Assembly (NCBI RefSeq): GCF_009834535.1 | Contig: NC_045696.1 | Coordinates: forward strand, 109,742,001 to 109,806,000 | Length of the DNA stretch: 64,000 bases | From: Camelus ferus | Lineage: Eukaryota | Reading direction: 5' to 3' | Shown here: positions 36,830 through 50,049 of the stretch, piece after piece | How the letters are laid out: each line of letters begins with the position of its first letter | Numbering within the stretch: the first letter of the stretch is position 1 | Position numbers and translations under genes: made by a program | The notes under the pieces: model-generated | Told to the model about the DNA's origin: nothing | Databases searched by the model: none | The model's input: only the letters and a program-made list of their open reading frames with translations

Positions 36830-38830
36830 TTTGCTTCCCTTGAAGTTTTATGTTTGTTACTTTTTCTCTAAGCAGGCAAGACTAAGGGGTTCTGGACCCT
36901 CTGACCCCCTCTTCTCTCCTCAGCTCACCTGTTCAACTTTGATCTGTTTTATATACAGGCATCAGTTGGTTTGTGTGAGTTTATAACAGCCTGAGCTTTT
37001 ATTTTAACCTTATAACAAATGCGTCTTACTTGGTTATTGTGGTCTTTAATGCATATAATGCATGTGTATATTGCTGTAAGTAATATATACACTGTTCCAT
37101 TTTGTGTATATTTTAACTTACATAAATGATATATAGCGTGTACTCTTTTGCTGCATTGCCCGGAACATGAGAGATTCATCCAATACAAGTAACTAGTTAT
37201 AAATATACCATACATAATTTATTTTCCCACCTGGGACATTTTTATTGTGTGGACATGGCTGATTGATAGGATATGTGCATCTTCAACTTTCTTATATAAT
37301 GCATGTTGCTTTCTGAGAGCCTTTAAAAAATTATTTATTATTGTATTGTTTAATTTTAATTTTAATTTTGGTGGGGTTGGGGAGGCAGTTAGGTTTATTT
37401 ATTTTTTGAGGAGGTACTGGGGATTGAACCCAGGACCTCGTGCATGCTAAGCACACGTTCTACCACTTGAGCTATACCCTACCCCTGCTTTCTGAAGTGT
37501 TCATTATAGTTTGCCACTATATACTAGAATAATAGTAAGGATCCTGTTGTTGCACATTCTTTCAGCATTTAGTATTTCTTGTAAGGCTTGAAATTTTTGT
37601 TAATTTGATGGATGTAAAGTAGGATCTCATTGTGATTTTAATTTCATAACTGATTGCTAGTAAAGTAGAGAATCTTTTTGAGTGTTATTTGGCCATAATA
37701 TTTTAAGATAGTTGAATTTTTCAATCTATTATTTTGTGGTTTGTGCTTTTCTATCTTATGTAAGAAGTTTTCCTATCCTAAGGTCATAAAGTATATATAC
37801 TTTTCAGAAGTCTTAAAATTTTATCACATGTACATCTTTAATCCATGTGGAGTTAATTTTTGTATATGATAAGTGTTCAAATTGTACCTTATCCATGTGG
37901 ATAATCACTTTTTTTCAAACTTTTTATTGAATAAGCTATCCTTTCTTCACTAATTTGCACTGCTGCCTCTGTCATTTATTAAGAATATGTTATGTGGGAA
38001 TCTGTTGAGGCTTTTTATTCTGTTGCACTGAGATACCACACTGATAAACCATCTTGTTATTATGCCTTGTGATATGGTTTGATACCTGAGATAAAAAGAC
38101 TCTAATTTTCTTTACAAAAGTGGCTTACCTATTCTATACAAATTTTTAAAATTAGTTTGTCAATTTGAACAAAATCAACATGGGAATTTGGTTGAAATTG
38201 TATAGAATTTATAGTTTGAAGCAAAATTGACATCTTTACAATGAAAAGATCTTCCTATCCATTACAATGTAATGACTGTATAAGATCCTAAACATGCTTT
38301 GTTACAACAACTATTCTTAATTTATTTTCTATCTATATTATGTAGTCATGTCTTGAAATTACATTTTTGATCTGTTTGCCGGTGTATAAGAATGAAATAT
38401 TTTCAATATTGATCTCAAGTCTTATTTTTAAACTTTTCTGTAGAACATTTTGGGTATTGAATTTTTTTAATTAAGGTAAAATATACATAACAATATATCA
38501 TTTTAACCATTTTTAGGTGTGCAATTCAGTGGTATTAATTATAGTCACAGTGTTGTGCCACCGTCATTACCATTCATCCCAGAACTTTTTTGTCTTCCCA
38601 AACTGAAAGTTTACAGCCATTAAACAATAACTCCCTATTCCTCCCTTCACCCAGTCGCTGGCAACTACCATTTTGTTTTCTGTTCCTGTGAATTTGGCTA
38701 TTCTAGGTAGTTCATATAAGTGGGAGTCATACAATATCTGTTCTTTTGTGTCTGGCTTATTTCACTTAGCATAATGCCTTTAAGGTTCATCCATGTTTTA
38801 GCATGTGTCAGAATTTCATTCCTTTTTTTG
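36830..38830 (-). mobile_element. Old L1 fragments, including an L1MB-like 3' end at ~38460-38830
   Basis: ttttaaccatttttaggtgtgcaattcagtggtattaa...tggcttatttcacttagcataatg. Confidence 0.75.
37322..37485 (-). mobile_element. tRNA-derived SINE (Vic-1-like)
   Basis: Same family; flanking repeat TGCTTTCTGA at 37307 and 37486. Confidence 0.85.
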
Positions 38831-40591
38831 AGACCTCTAAGTTACTTTATTGCCTGGATGTTTCTTGGACCATCATACCTGTGTAAATCTGTACCCTAAC
38901 TTACTTTGAGGACCAGCCTATGATGATAAATTTTCCCAGAAGAGATGTTTTCCCCTTTGACTCAAAGCCAAAATCAAGTGTGCCTGTCATCTCCTTTTGC
39001 AGGGTGGATTTGTTGTTGTTGGTGGTGGTGGTGGTGGTGATTGGTTGGTTTTGATCTACATTTTTACTATTGGCACTTCCCTTTAGGGTTTCTGAGTTTG
39101 TTTCCTCAGGGTATCCTGTACCTCATCTCTAATTTGTTTGAAACCTTGACTTGACTCCTGTCCCCTTGTGTGATATCCTTAAATTCCAAGGGTCTGGATC
39201 ACTACCAAAATAAATTCAGGGTAACCATTAGCTTCAGTAGTCACTTAATGCTCTGGATTCATGCTACTACTTCATTTTTAGCCCTTGAGAATTTCCCTTG
39301 CTTTCTTGCAAACTCAGCTATGCGTTTGTAAGGATGTCTTTAATATTTCATCCTCTGTTTTCAAGTGTTTTATAGTGATAAGGTTTTGAATGTCTAACCT
39401 ACCATATTCCTAGAAGGAAACTTTCAGTATTCCTTTTTTAATCCACACTATTTCTGTTCATCGTGTATTGAAAATCTGATTTTTGTCAGACCATTTGCTT
39501 ATGCTTCAGTAGTGTATCGTATCAGGAGATCATCCTAATTTTTTAGGGTTTTGTGGTATGAAGGAGCCACAGGTTGACTGGAAGCAGTTCTGTGCACTAT
39601 CCTTCAGCAAGGGCACTTGGTGGAGGCAGGCAGTTAGTTTCTCAAACCTTCCTTTCTAAAGCAGCTACTGGTCTACTGACTTTGAAAGGATTTAGTGGCA
39701 GTAAATCTCAGTGAATTCGCAAGCACCTTAAAAGAATGTAATCAAGTATTTTACAGTTACTTCTTAAAGCAAAATTACTTTTGATTTGAGAGAGCTTTTT
39801 TAATAATAGGCTTGTAAAAAATGTCAGGCGTCCAAATGACATCTATTTGAAAAGAGGTTTATTGCTAAAATAAATGGAAAGAACTTCTGTAGACATGTTA
39901 ATTTAGTCTGAGTCTTTAATAACTTTAGGGTTTTAGTAGTAGTCTGAAATTTCACTGGATTTCTTCCCATCTCACCACCAATATACAGACATCAAAGTGG
40001 GTTTTTTTCCCTCTTAGATGTGATTGTGAATCCTTGTAATTGCAAAGGAAATTTGCTTTTACATTTTATACTAGAAATAGCTATTTTAAAAACTACTTTT
40101 TCCATAATGTTGTATAATATATCACCTTTATTTCCATCTAAGCTTATTCATCCTCAAATATATCTATAAATTTTAAATATACTATTATCCTTTATTTCTT
40201 ATAGTATGAAACTTGAGGGTCAAAGAGTCTCCTGACCTACTGATCAGTAAATGCTCTAGACAAAACTGCTTCTTCAGTGTCAGTAACATTAATTTAAATA
40301 CTTGTATTAAGTAGGAATTAAAATATGTGTGTATGTATATGTGTCTAAATACATATATGGCAGTAATTAGTTTAAAATGTTAATGTCTGTTGAAGATGAG
40401 GATAGAGATTAAAAGATGGCACTGTAACATAATGCTGTGGATCCTAGAGGCAGATAGACTTTGGTTTTTATTTCATTTCTGCCACCTGATAACTGTATGA
40501 CCTTAGATAAGTTACATAACCTCTTTAAGCCTGACTTTCTTCTTGGAAGAAAGGGTATAGATATACCAGTAGTATCAGCCTCATAGTTTCT

Positions 40592-40703
40592 TTCTTTCTT
40601 TCTTTCTTTCTTTTTTTTTTTTTTGACATTTTTTATTGATTTATAATCATTTTACAATGTTGTGTCAGATTCCAGTGTAGAGCACAATTTTTCAGTTTTA
40701 CAT
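40592..40703 (-). mobile_element. Very short young L1 3' end with (TTTC)n/poly-T tail, inserted in a MIR-like repeat
   Basis: Perfect 15-bp TSD AGCCTCATAGTTTCT at 40577-91 and 40704-18; body nearly identical to the reverse complement of 19855-19930. Confidence 0.9.
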
Positions 40704-40823
40704 AGCCTCATAGTTTCTGGAGCATTGATTACATGCATGTAAAGCACTTAGCCACAGTGCTTGTATAAATAAATAAGTGAAGAATCCTTGAATAGCTTCC
40801 GGGCTGGTTGGAATCCCATGAAG

Positions 40824-41012
40824 TAGGGCTTGGCAAACTTTTTTTTTTTATAAAAGGCTAGACAGTAAATATTTTAGGCTTTTCTAGCCATATTCTGTCT
40901 CTGTCACATATTCTATTTTGTTTTGTTCTGTTTTTGCAACCTTTTAAAAATGTAAAAGCCATTAACACACGGAGCCTACTTTGGCTCCTAGGCTGTAGTT
41001 TGCCAATCTCTG
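40824..41012 (+). mobile_element. MER58-family MITE
   Basis: gggcttggcaaactttt...aaaggctagacagtaaatattttaggc...gtagtttgccaatctctg. Confidence 0.7.
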
Positions 41013-41778
41013 CCAATTAAGGTGTTACCTTCCAACAAGACAGCACTAAAGCTTTCAAAAAATACTGAGTTTTTACCTCTTAAACTTCTAGGATTGATTT
41101 CACAATATTTATTGTGTATTAGGGACTACACTTTTGTTATTGACATTTATGTTTTAAAACAGCAATTTTTTTTTCTTCTACCCATTTGTCAGCCAACTTT
41201 ATCCTAAAATGAAGTAGTAGAGACTATTTATTGGATCCTTGATCAGTTGTTCTCATAAGAAATCTGTATAGAAGCTAAATAGCTCCAATTTTGGTATGAA
41301 ACACTTTAGAAATTTTTGAAAGAGAAGTAACCATAATTCCCTTATTATTGCATTTATTCAGTTATTTCCATGTGAAGGGCTTGACCGCTTATGCCTGTTA
41401 CCTCTTTTTGTTCCTTAATGATATTTTCTCAATTCTACTGTGAATTATTTAAACCAGTTTTGGAACTAAGACAGGCCCTTGGAGTTACTGGAGCTTCATA
41501 ATTTTCAACTAATTAGAGTTTCTAATACTCTCAGTATACTTAGAATAGAAACATGATTGCTGTATCCTTCCTAATGGAAGATGGTAATATTGGCAACACT
41601 GTTGGTAACCCAGAAGTTGGGGTGGATTTGTATTCTTTCCTCACTGTATATTTATAAAGCTTTAGTTTTTTAAGTGTGGTCATAATTCTTAGGCTCCATG
41701 TTACCTTAATATCTTTACTAGGGAATAAACTTTATAGAATAAGTTATCTGTTAGAAAACATTTCTTTTTCTATTCCAG

Positions 41779-42119
41779 TTGAAGCTGTGAAGTCTGAAGC
41801 TGAGCCCTTTAATGATTCTACTCATGTTGAGCCCTGTAATGATTCTACTCATGTTTCTCTGCAAGAAGAAAATCAGTCTTCTGTCAGTCATTGCCTCCCT
41901 GATGCTTCTACAATTACTGAAGGTTTATTTAGGCAAAGGAGTTTCCTTGTTTTGGGTTTTAGTAATGAAAATGAAACTAGTATTGCAACTATCATAAGAG
42001 AAAATGCTGGAAAAGTTGTATCTCTTCAGAGCAGAACTGTTGCTGATTATGCTGTGGTTCCTCTGCTGGGGTGTGAAGTACAGGCGACTGTGGGAGAAGT
42101 TGTTACCAATACTTGGCTG
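41779..42119 (+). CDS. TOPBP1: TOPBP1 exon 11 (BRCT4): [15 protein letters not shown]...VVTNTWL
   Basis: ttccAG / GTAAGA, 341 nt. Confidence 0.95.
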
Positions 42120-42781
42120 GTAAGAAAACACTCTAGCCCCTGAAATGTAGTATTGAAGAATATCTGAATGCTAAGAGTGCTAATGTTTATTTCTTAGTTC
42201 AGTTTCAGTAAATTGGTATTTGGATTTGAGCACTGTCTGGATTTTGCTTTTAGCAGAGAAAATTATAAATAGTGAAATACCCAAGTTTCTTGGTCCTAAT
42301 CCTGGTAAAATGAAGGTTATTGTATTGGAGGGCCATACCAGCAACGTTCCTTCTCAGGAAGTTACTCCACATCATCTCATACTATTTCAGTTTTCCTTGT
42401 TTTCTCACAACCAAAACATAACATTCACTTTTGTACTATTCCATGTTATTGGCTTATCACGGATAATTTCACCATTGGTTTTTTTTTTTAACTTTCCAAG
42501 AATTAAGAGAAAAAAATTATAAACTAATACATTGGAAGAAATTAAATTTAAAGCAATATTCAGTAAATTCAATGATATTTAGTATCCTGTATAATGAATT
42601 GATTTAAATATATCTTTAAATATTATAATTTTAAATGTGTTGAGAATGAGCATACACAAGTTTATATTAAAGTAAAATTGCTTTTCATCCAAACTGAAGT
42701 TACTGCTACTGTAACTGAAACGGTGTTAACCATTGGTTGCTTATTTCAGGTTGATGTTAATGTTTCTCTTGTTTTTAAAAG

Positions 42782-42954
42782 GTAACTTGTATAGAATATC
42801 AGACTTTAACTGATCCAAAGTCAAATCCTCTCTTCACGCCAGTCCCAGTAATGGCAGGAATGACTCCTTTAGAGAAGTGTGTTGTTTCATTCAGCCAATG
42901 TGTAGGAGCAGAAAAAGATTCATTGACATTCTTAGCAAATCGCCTTGGAGCAAG
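42782..42954 (+). CDS. TOPBP1: TOPBP1 exon 12: VTCIEYQTLTDPKSNPLF...ANRLGA(R)
   Basis: aaAG / GTATGT, 173 nt, phase-consistent. Confidence 0.92.
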
Positions 42955-43730
42955 GTATGTAGTATTTTTAGTGCACCTGCTGTCTTGGTGTACTTTCTAT
43001 CTGCTTTGACTTGTAGAAGAGCATTCAGATTAGAATTTGGCTGGGTGTCTTCATAATATTTATGGGAAGTTCATTATTTATCTATGATGGCTCAAAGTGG
43101 GAGAGGGGAAAGTGCTGTTAGATGGATGCCTGGCAAATGTTAAGACTATAGGCATTAATGCTTACCTACCAGGAAAAGGAAGATTTAAAGCTGATACATG
43201 GGCCGTTATTGAATATTACTTGTCTAAATAAGCATTACTCCCTTTCATGTGCCATATGGATGATTTATTCTTTCTCAGTATACATTCATTGTTTCTCTGC
43301 AATGCAGATGTTAAGTGGGAATAATGAATACTTTGGGAGAAGGAAAATAAATTTTAAAGTTAATTCCAAAATCCAAATTAGCCCAACCCCTAAGTGAACA
43401 TTAGATAGTGGCTAAAGGAAGTAGAAAACTGTTGTATCAATAAATGTAAATGAACTAAACTTTTACATTAAAGGAAAGGTTCTTTTAGATTAGATCTTGA
43501 AGCAACACTTAAAATGGTTTTAAACAAAAGACACACCTAGGCCAAAGTGATTCAGAACATTTGGGGAAAAAAAAGATGGGCAAAGGTATGTCAAGTAAAT
43601 GCAAATAAAAAGAAAGAAGGGGGTTGCAATTTTAATGTTAGATGCCAGACAAGTTTGGAGTCAAATCAAAAGGCATTAAATGAGAAAAAGAAGAGCGCTA
43701 TAAGTAAACAGTGCTGGTCGTACCAAAGGT

Positions 43731-43833
43731 AATATATATATTGTTAAAATACATATATATACACTCTCTATATATATACACTATGTATACATACACAACA
43801 TACATACACACACACACACACACAAACACACAC
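43731..43833. repeat. Imperfect (TA)n/(CA)n microsatellite
   Basis: Directly visible. Confidence 0.85.
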
Positions 43834-44954
43834 TCAGTAGAGCATGACTGTCATGAAACAAAAACAACAGGATATACGAGGAGGAATCAGCAGAAACACA
43901 TTACTTGTAGGAGACTTTAATTCCCGTCTTTTACTTCATGACAGGTCAAAGAGGAAACAAGGAAGGAAAAACAGATTTGTATTTAAACAGCACAGTTAGC
44001 TATCTATTCCTGAAACAGTGACCATACCTTTTCAGATGCCTGTGGCCTGTAAAGAAATTGGCCACAAAGAAAACCTCAGTAAATGAAAGTAGAAAGTACA
44101 GGCCATAGCCTAGAAATCATTATCAACATAATAGTAACAAGCAACTGCAGTGCCCATATTGTGACCTCAAAATACCATTTCCCACTAAAAAAAAACGGAA
44201 GCTTAAAAAAATGGTCAAGTCTAGATCTGAGTGCCAGTGAATTTGGAACATTTTGTCAGACCAGATAGCAAGTATATTAACCAAAAACTACTAAGGGAGC
44301 GTTGCGTCCAAAGGACCTCCACTGGCCAAAGGCAGGAAAGTTAAGTATTACTAGAGATAACAGGGAACAGGAAGAGGAGAGGAAGCCTACAAGCTAAAAG
44401 ACACAAAAAGTTAAATGAAATGTTCAAGTATGCACTGTGATAAAACTAAAGAAAAGTAAGGAAGTGATTACCATAAATATCCAAATAATGGCTACTATTA
44501 GGAAGGGAGGGAAGAGGAGCTATTATTGAGAAGAGGCATGTTGGAGAGGTTCTGGAGTGACTGGTAAGATTCTGTCTTCTGACATGGGTGGGGATATAAG
44601 GATATTCCCCTTATGATAATTCAGTAAATTATTTCCTTTTCTGCTGTGTTCTGTATTTGAATTATACTGAATTAATAAAAAGCTTTTAGAAAAAATGAAT
44701 TGTAGAAAATAACAAAAATATGGCAGCAGACTCTAAGGGGTGTAACTAACGCAGTGCTCAGAAAAATTCAGTAAAGTGCTTATGCAGAAAATTAATATAC
44801 AGAAGTCACTGACCTTCATATACACAGCCAGCTAGAAGAGCTAAGGAAAACAAAAATCTTTTACCACATCTGTGGTAAAATAAAATACCTAACAACATGA
44901 TGTGGAATCTTAAAACAAAACTAAACAAATTAATAAACAAAACAGAACTGAAAT

Positions 44955-45068
44955 GGGGGAGGGTATAGCTCAGTGGTAGAATGCATGCCTAGTATGAACG
45001 AGGTCCTGGTTCAATCCCTGGTACCTCCATTAAAATAAGTATACGTAGGGGTCCCCCCCCCCCGAAAA

Positions 45069-45123
<55 letters not shown>

Positions 45124-45125
45124 AT
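44955..45125 (+). mobile_element. tRNA-derived SINE (Vic-1-like) with (AAAT)n tail, inside an L1 3' end
   Basis: gggggagggtatagctcagtggtaga head; (AAAT)n at ~45066-45125. Confidence 0.85.
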
Positions 45126-45689
45126 ATTTTTAAAAAATAGATTTATAGATACAGAGAACAAACTGCTGGTCACCAGAGGGGAACAGAATGGGGGGTTGGG
45201 CAAAATAGGTGAAGGGAATTAAGAGGTATAAACTTTCCGCTATAAAATAGTCTTGGGGGTGTAATGTACAGCATAAGTAAAATAGTAATGCTGTAATAGC
45301 TTTGTATAGTGACAGATGGTCACTTGGCTTATGGTGTTGATCATTTTTGTAATGTATTTAAATATCAAATCACTGTGTTGTACACCTGAAGCTAATATGT
45401 ATGCTAACTATACTTCAATATTAAAAGAATAAGTTTAAAGTGAAACTTAGAAGAGCTACTGAAACTTGTAAAATGCTATTGAGGGAAACAAAATAAGACT
45501 TGAATGGTAAGAAAGATGTACATGTTCTTGGATAGGAAGACTAAACATTAAAGAAGTTTCTGTTATCCCTAGCATTAATGTATAAATTTTACATGATCTC
45601 AATAAAAATGCTGAAGAAATTTTTTTGTTTGTTTTGTTTTGTGTTATGCATCAGTGCTCTTGCTATCAGTAAGTACTTTTTAAAAATTG

Positions 45690-45859
45690 TACTTTGTTTT
45701 TCATTTACTCAGCAAATTTTTAAGACCCCCCCCCCACCTTTTTTGGGGGGTGGGAGGTAATTAGGTTTATTTATTTACTTTTGATGGAGGTACTGGGGAT
45801 TGAACCCAGGACCTCATGCATGTTAGGCATGCACTCTACCACTGAGCTACACCCTCCCC
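45690..45859 (-). mobile_element. tRNA-derived SINE (Vic-1-like)
   Basis: ggaggtaattaggtttat...ggggattgaacccaggacc...actgagctacaccctcccc. Confidence 0.85.
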
Positions 45860-46851
45860 AGAGATTTTTTAGAGAGGGCAATAAGCAAACTCATTCTTAA
45901 ATTCATGGGAAAATATTAGCAAGCAGGAAAGTCATGAAAATTCTGAAATAGAGTAGTTATTTAAATATATTTTATAAATTTCACTAAATAATAGTGTGTC
46001 TATAAGTAGCGGAAAGTTCAATAAACAAGTTAAAAAGTCTAGAAATAGACCCAAATACAAATAAGAATTTGCTATATGATAAAAGTGATATATCAACTTG
46101 AGGAAGAGATGGTTTATTTAATAAATAGGATTCAGTAAAGTTGGAGCCATACTTAAGAGCCAGCAAAATAAATACCAAATTGTTCAGTGGGTGAAATGTG
46201 AAGAATGAAACCATGAAAAGTACTAGGAAAAACATGGGAGATTAAACAAATCTTAAAAATGAGGAACTAGAACCTAAAGCCTAGAGATCATAGAAGAAAA
46301 GAAAATTACATTTATATTTCAAGTGATGGACTTCTGTTTCTGCCCCCATATTCTCTTTAATATTCTGTGATCTTTAGATAGTCACTTAATTTTTCTGTAT
46401 ATTTCCCCAGGTTGTATCTTTACAATAATTTGTAAAATATTGATAACTCACAAATATTGACAGGATCGAATGAGATTATGTGTGAAAATGCTTAGAGAAA
46501 TTGTAGTTGGCTGAAAGGTATAACGTATTATTCATATACTTCCCTTGTTCTGCTGGTTGTTTGATGCCCCATTGTGGAAGGAAAGGCAGGGTGAGTGGGT
46601 AATTTTTCTGGTTATTTCTTAAAAGTCTAGTTTAATTTGCTTATGTTTTTATAAATTGTAGCAGTACATTTTTATCCTAGAGTAAGCATTTGTAGGGGGA
46701 TTGATTTAAGAACTAGAACCAACTTTCAATCTGTGAGGATTTTTTTTTATACTTAGAAGTCTAACAACACTGTTGTATTAGAAACTTCATTCTTAACTTT
46801 GCTGGCTAATTGTGCACATGACCATTTGCTTTCTTTAAATATAACTTCCAG

Positions 46852-47063
46852 GGTTCAAGAATTCTTCGTTCGCAAATCCAATGCAAAGAAAGGCATGTTT
46901 GCCAGTACACATCTTATATTGAAAGAACCAGGTGGTTCTAAATATGAAGCTGCCAAGAAGTGGAAATTGCCAGCAGTCACTATAGCTTGGCTATTGGAGA
47001 CTGCTAGAATGGGGAAGAGAGCAAATGAAAGCCATTTTCTGATTGAAAATTCACATAAAGAAG
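46852..47063 (+). CDS. TOPBP1: TOPBP1 exon 13 (BRCT5): [14 protein letters not shown]...IENSHKE(E)
   Basis: ttccAG / GTTAAT, 212 nt. Confidence 0.95.
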
Positions 47064-48317
47064 GTTAATATTTTCATTTTGTTCTTTATTTTGTTCAATT
47101 TGACGATTTCTGGGATATGAATGTACTAAAGCTTGTTATTAGGAAAAGTCATTGATTTCCCCCTTTCACGTGAGCCATGTTGGGCATTCATTATGAGGGG
47201 AAGGGAATAAATGTGCGTTCATAGCACAAATGTTTAATTTGTATCCGTACTCTTGAGTGTAGGCACTACCTGAAAGCTAGAGGATACAAAATAATATAGG
47301 AGCATCCTAGGGTCTCAGTGTTTGACGTCTAAAGATGTGAGCTTAGATCCCATTAACTGTTCCTTCTGTGGCTCCCACTGACACACTGTGTAATTAAAGT
47401 GCTCTCTAGTCCTCATCTTTGGACTTTTGTATGTTTTCTCTTGTCCACCTCAAGCTTGCCTGTTCCTCCTTATCTTTCAGTTCTCAGCTTTGATGTCACT
47501 TTCCCTGGAAAGATTGTCTTGACTCACCAAGTATGGCTTTTGTCTTGCCATGACACCCTGTCCCTTTTATAGCTCTTATCCTAATGTTATCAATCTAGTT
47601 TACGTTCATGTTTCCATGTTCAGCCACATGCTCTGAAAAGGTGAAGAGTGTGAGTGTCTTGTGCATTATAGATTTCCATTGCCTGGCATTGGGCTTGTCA
47701 TGGGGCACCTGTCTAATAAGTGTTTCTGTTAAGTGTTGAAAAAAAGGTGGGAGTCAGGGTGGGAGGACACAGTAGCCCCTCTTGTAAGATGATGGCATCC
47801 CTGGGCACACTTCAGGGACAAGTCAATAGCTTGGGAACAGCTATCAGAGCTATCATTACTTTTACCTAGACAAACTGGAAATTTTACAACTGAGGCAAAG
47901 TAATGTTTATAGGTCATATTAAAAATTCATTAAGGAATCTCCAGAAGCTTGACTGTAGTTGTTAACTCTGAGTATATGTAATTGGAATTTTCTTTTTACT
48001 CTGCTGTTGACTAACATGACATTTATTTATATAATTTGGGGCAAATTTTGAGGTTTATTGAGAATATTTCAAGTTGAAATAAGTTGAAACAGGAAATCTA
48101 ATTTCATTAATCAGTTCAGTTATATGCTTGTCTAACTCAACGTATATTTTAATGTATCATCCAGTTTGTTTCTTGGAAAGTCGATTTAAAGTGTACTTGA
48201 GAAGTCACATGAAAATTAACAATAAGATATAAAAATATTACTTCTCATGTGCCTCTTTAGAGACAGAAAGATGGCATTAGTGGCTCACATTTGTTTCTTT
48301 TCCTTTTAAATCTCTAG

Positions 48318-48604
48318 AGCAAGGTTTGGAAACTGAAACAACAAAAGGGGTGAATCTAAATCCAGATACTCCAGAGCATCCTGTCACCCACCTGGAAACT
48401 CACAGAAAAACAGCTGTTACACCTTTAGATATGAACCGCTTTCAGAGTAAAGCTTTCCATGCTGTGATTTCACAGCACTCTGGACAGGCTTCAGTCTCCC
48501 CTGCAGTGGGACAGCCACTTCAGAAGGAGCCCTCATTACATCTGGATACACCATCAAAATTTCTGTCCAAGGACAAACTCTTTAAGCCTTCCTTTGATGT
48601 GAAG
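48318..48604 (+). CDS. TOPBP1: TOPBP1 exon 14: QGLETETTKG...FKPSFDVK
   Basis: ctctAG / GTAAGG, 287 nt. Confidence 0.95.
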
Positions 48605-50049
48605 GTAAGGTTTATAGAGAATGGTCCTGGAGTTAACAATTTTATAGTTTATACAGTTAAAGCACCGAATTCTCCATCGTCTCTAAAGTTTGTAGTAGTA
48701 ACTTTTCCAGAGGTGTTAGTGAGTAGATTCGTAGTGTTGGGTCCCAGTGTATACCCAGGTTTGAGGTAACAGCTAGAGAGGTATATGGTGTGAAATCAGT
48801 ACATCTGGGTTCAAATCCTAGATCTCTCATTAACAGTATGACTCACAGATCATTTAACATATCTGAACATCAGTTCCTTTTGTATGAGGATAATATCACT
48901 TACTCTGAAAACTTACAGGCTTATCATAAGAATCCAATGAAATGGTGTGATGAAATAATTCATAAACTACAAAATAATATAAATACATTGCTACTTATGC
49001 TTTGATTCTAGGAGTACACCCAGTGCTCTCTTTCTGAAAATGTCCTATTATCACTTTGCTTTTCTATCATTTCCTTTAAAAAGATGAGTTAAGTGTGCAG
49101 CTTTCTTTGATCTCCTGAGCCCTGGAGTATGGCTCCCTTTCTGAAAAATTCTTTAACAAATCCAGGACTAATTCAGCCTTTTCAGATGGTTTCCTTTTAT
49201 TCCCCCAAAATAATTTTCTTCATTGTTCCTTTAGTAGCTTTTGGCCTTTCAAGTGGCTGTTCAAACCATTATCTATGATTTTTTATCCATGAACCTTTGC
49301 AAAATTATTGTAACATTCATCTGTTGAGGTCTTTTGCTCATAGAGCTTAATGATTTTTACTAGTATGTTTTGGAGCAGACTTTAAAAAGTTTACAGGCTG
49401 TTCATCTTCAGAAAATAAATATACATTGATACTTGGGACAATTTTCTCCAAGCTAATCTTTGAAGAAATTTCTACTGAAGTAACATTTTGTGTGACTAAC
49501 ACTGTTCATTATGCCTTAAGAGATAGAGGAAACCACTGGTGGGAACTGGGATCTAGAATCAGGCCTCTGCTTTGCCTCTTGCAGGCTTTTAAGGCAAGTC
49601 CACCTGTTTGGGTTTCATTACCCCATCTGTAAAATCATGGCGCATATCTAGATGGTGTCTGAGGTCTCATAGCTCACAGACTCTTTGAAAAGTAAATGAA
49701 ATAACATTAGGAGGCAAGAAGGTGGTGGGAATATTTTCAGTGATTGAGACCATTCTTTAGAGACCTTGCAGTGGAAAGCTCATGGTTCTGAAGTGGTCTC
49801 AGTGAAGATATAAAACATGTTTAAATGTATCATTGTTTAGAGTCACAGTTTAATTAGCAGTATTTCTCTCTCTTTCTCTTTTCTTGGGAGGATGATATAT
49901 AAAATAATACTTCATCTTATTATAATCAGTGAGTATTCAAATTGATGTAATATGGTATATTGAATTTTTCTTCTGAAAACAAAAGGGCCATGAGTCCATA
50001 TCGGTCACAAAATTGAATGTATATTGGGCCTCACAATAAAAAAACACCC

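Larger units (their letters stand above)
43400..46300 (+). mobile_element. Degraded old L1 ORF2 region with a nested L1 3' end (~44890-45425) and SINEs
   Basis: A-rich ORF2 remnants (aaatgtaaatgaactaaac, catgttcttggataggaagact, ctagaaatagaccca). Confidence 0.65.
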
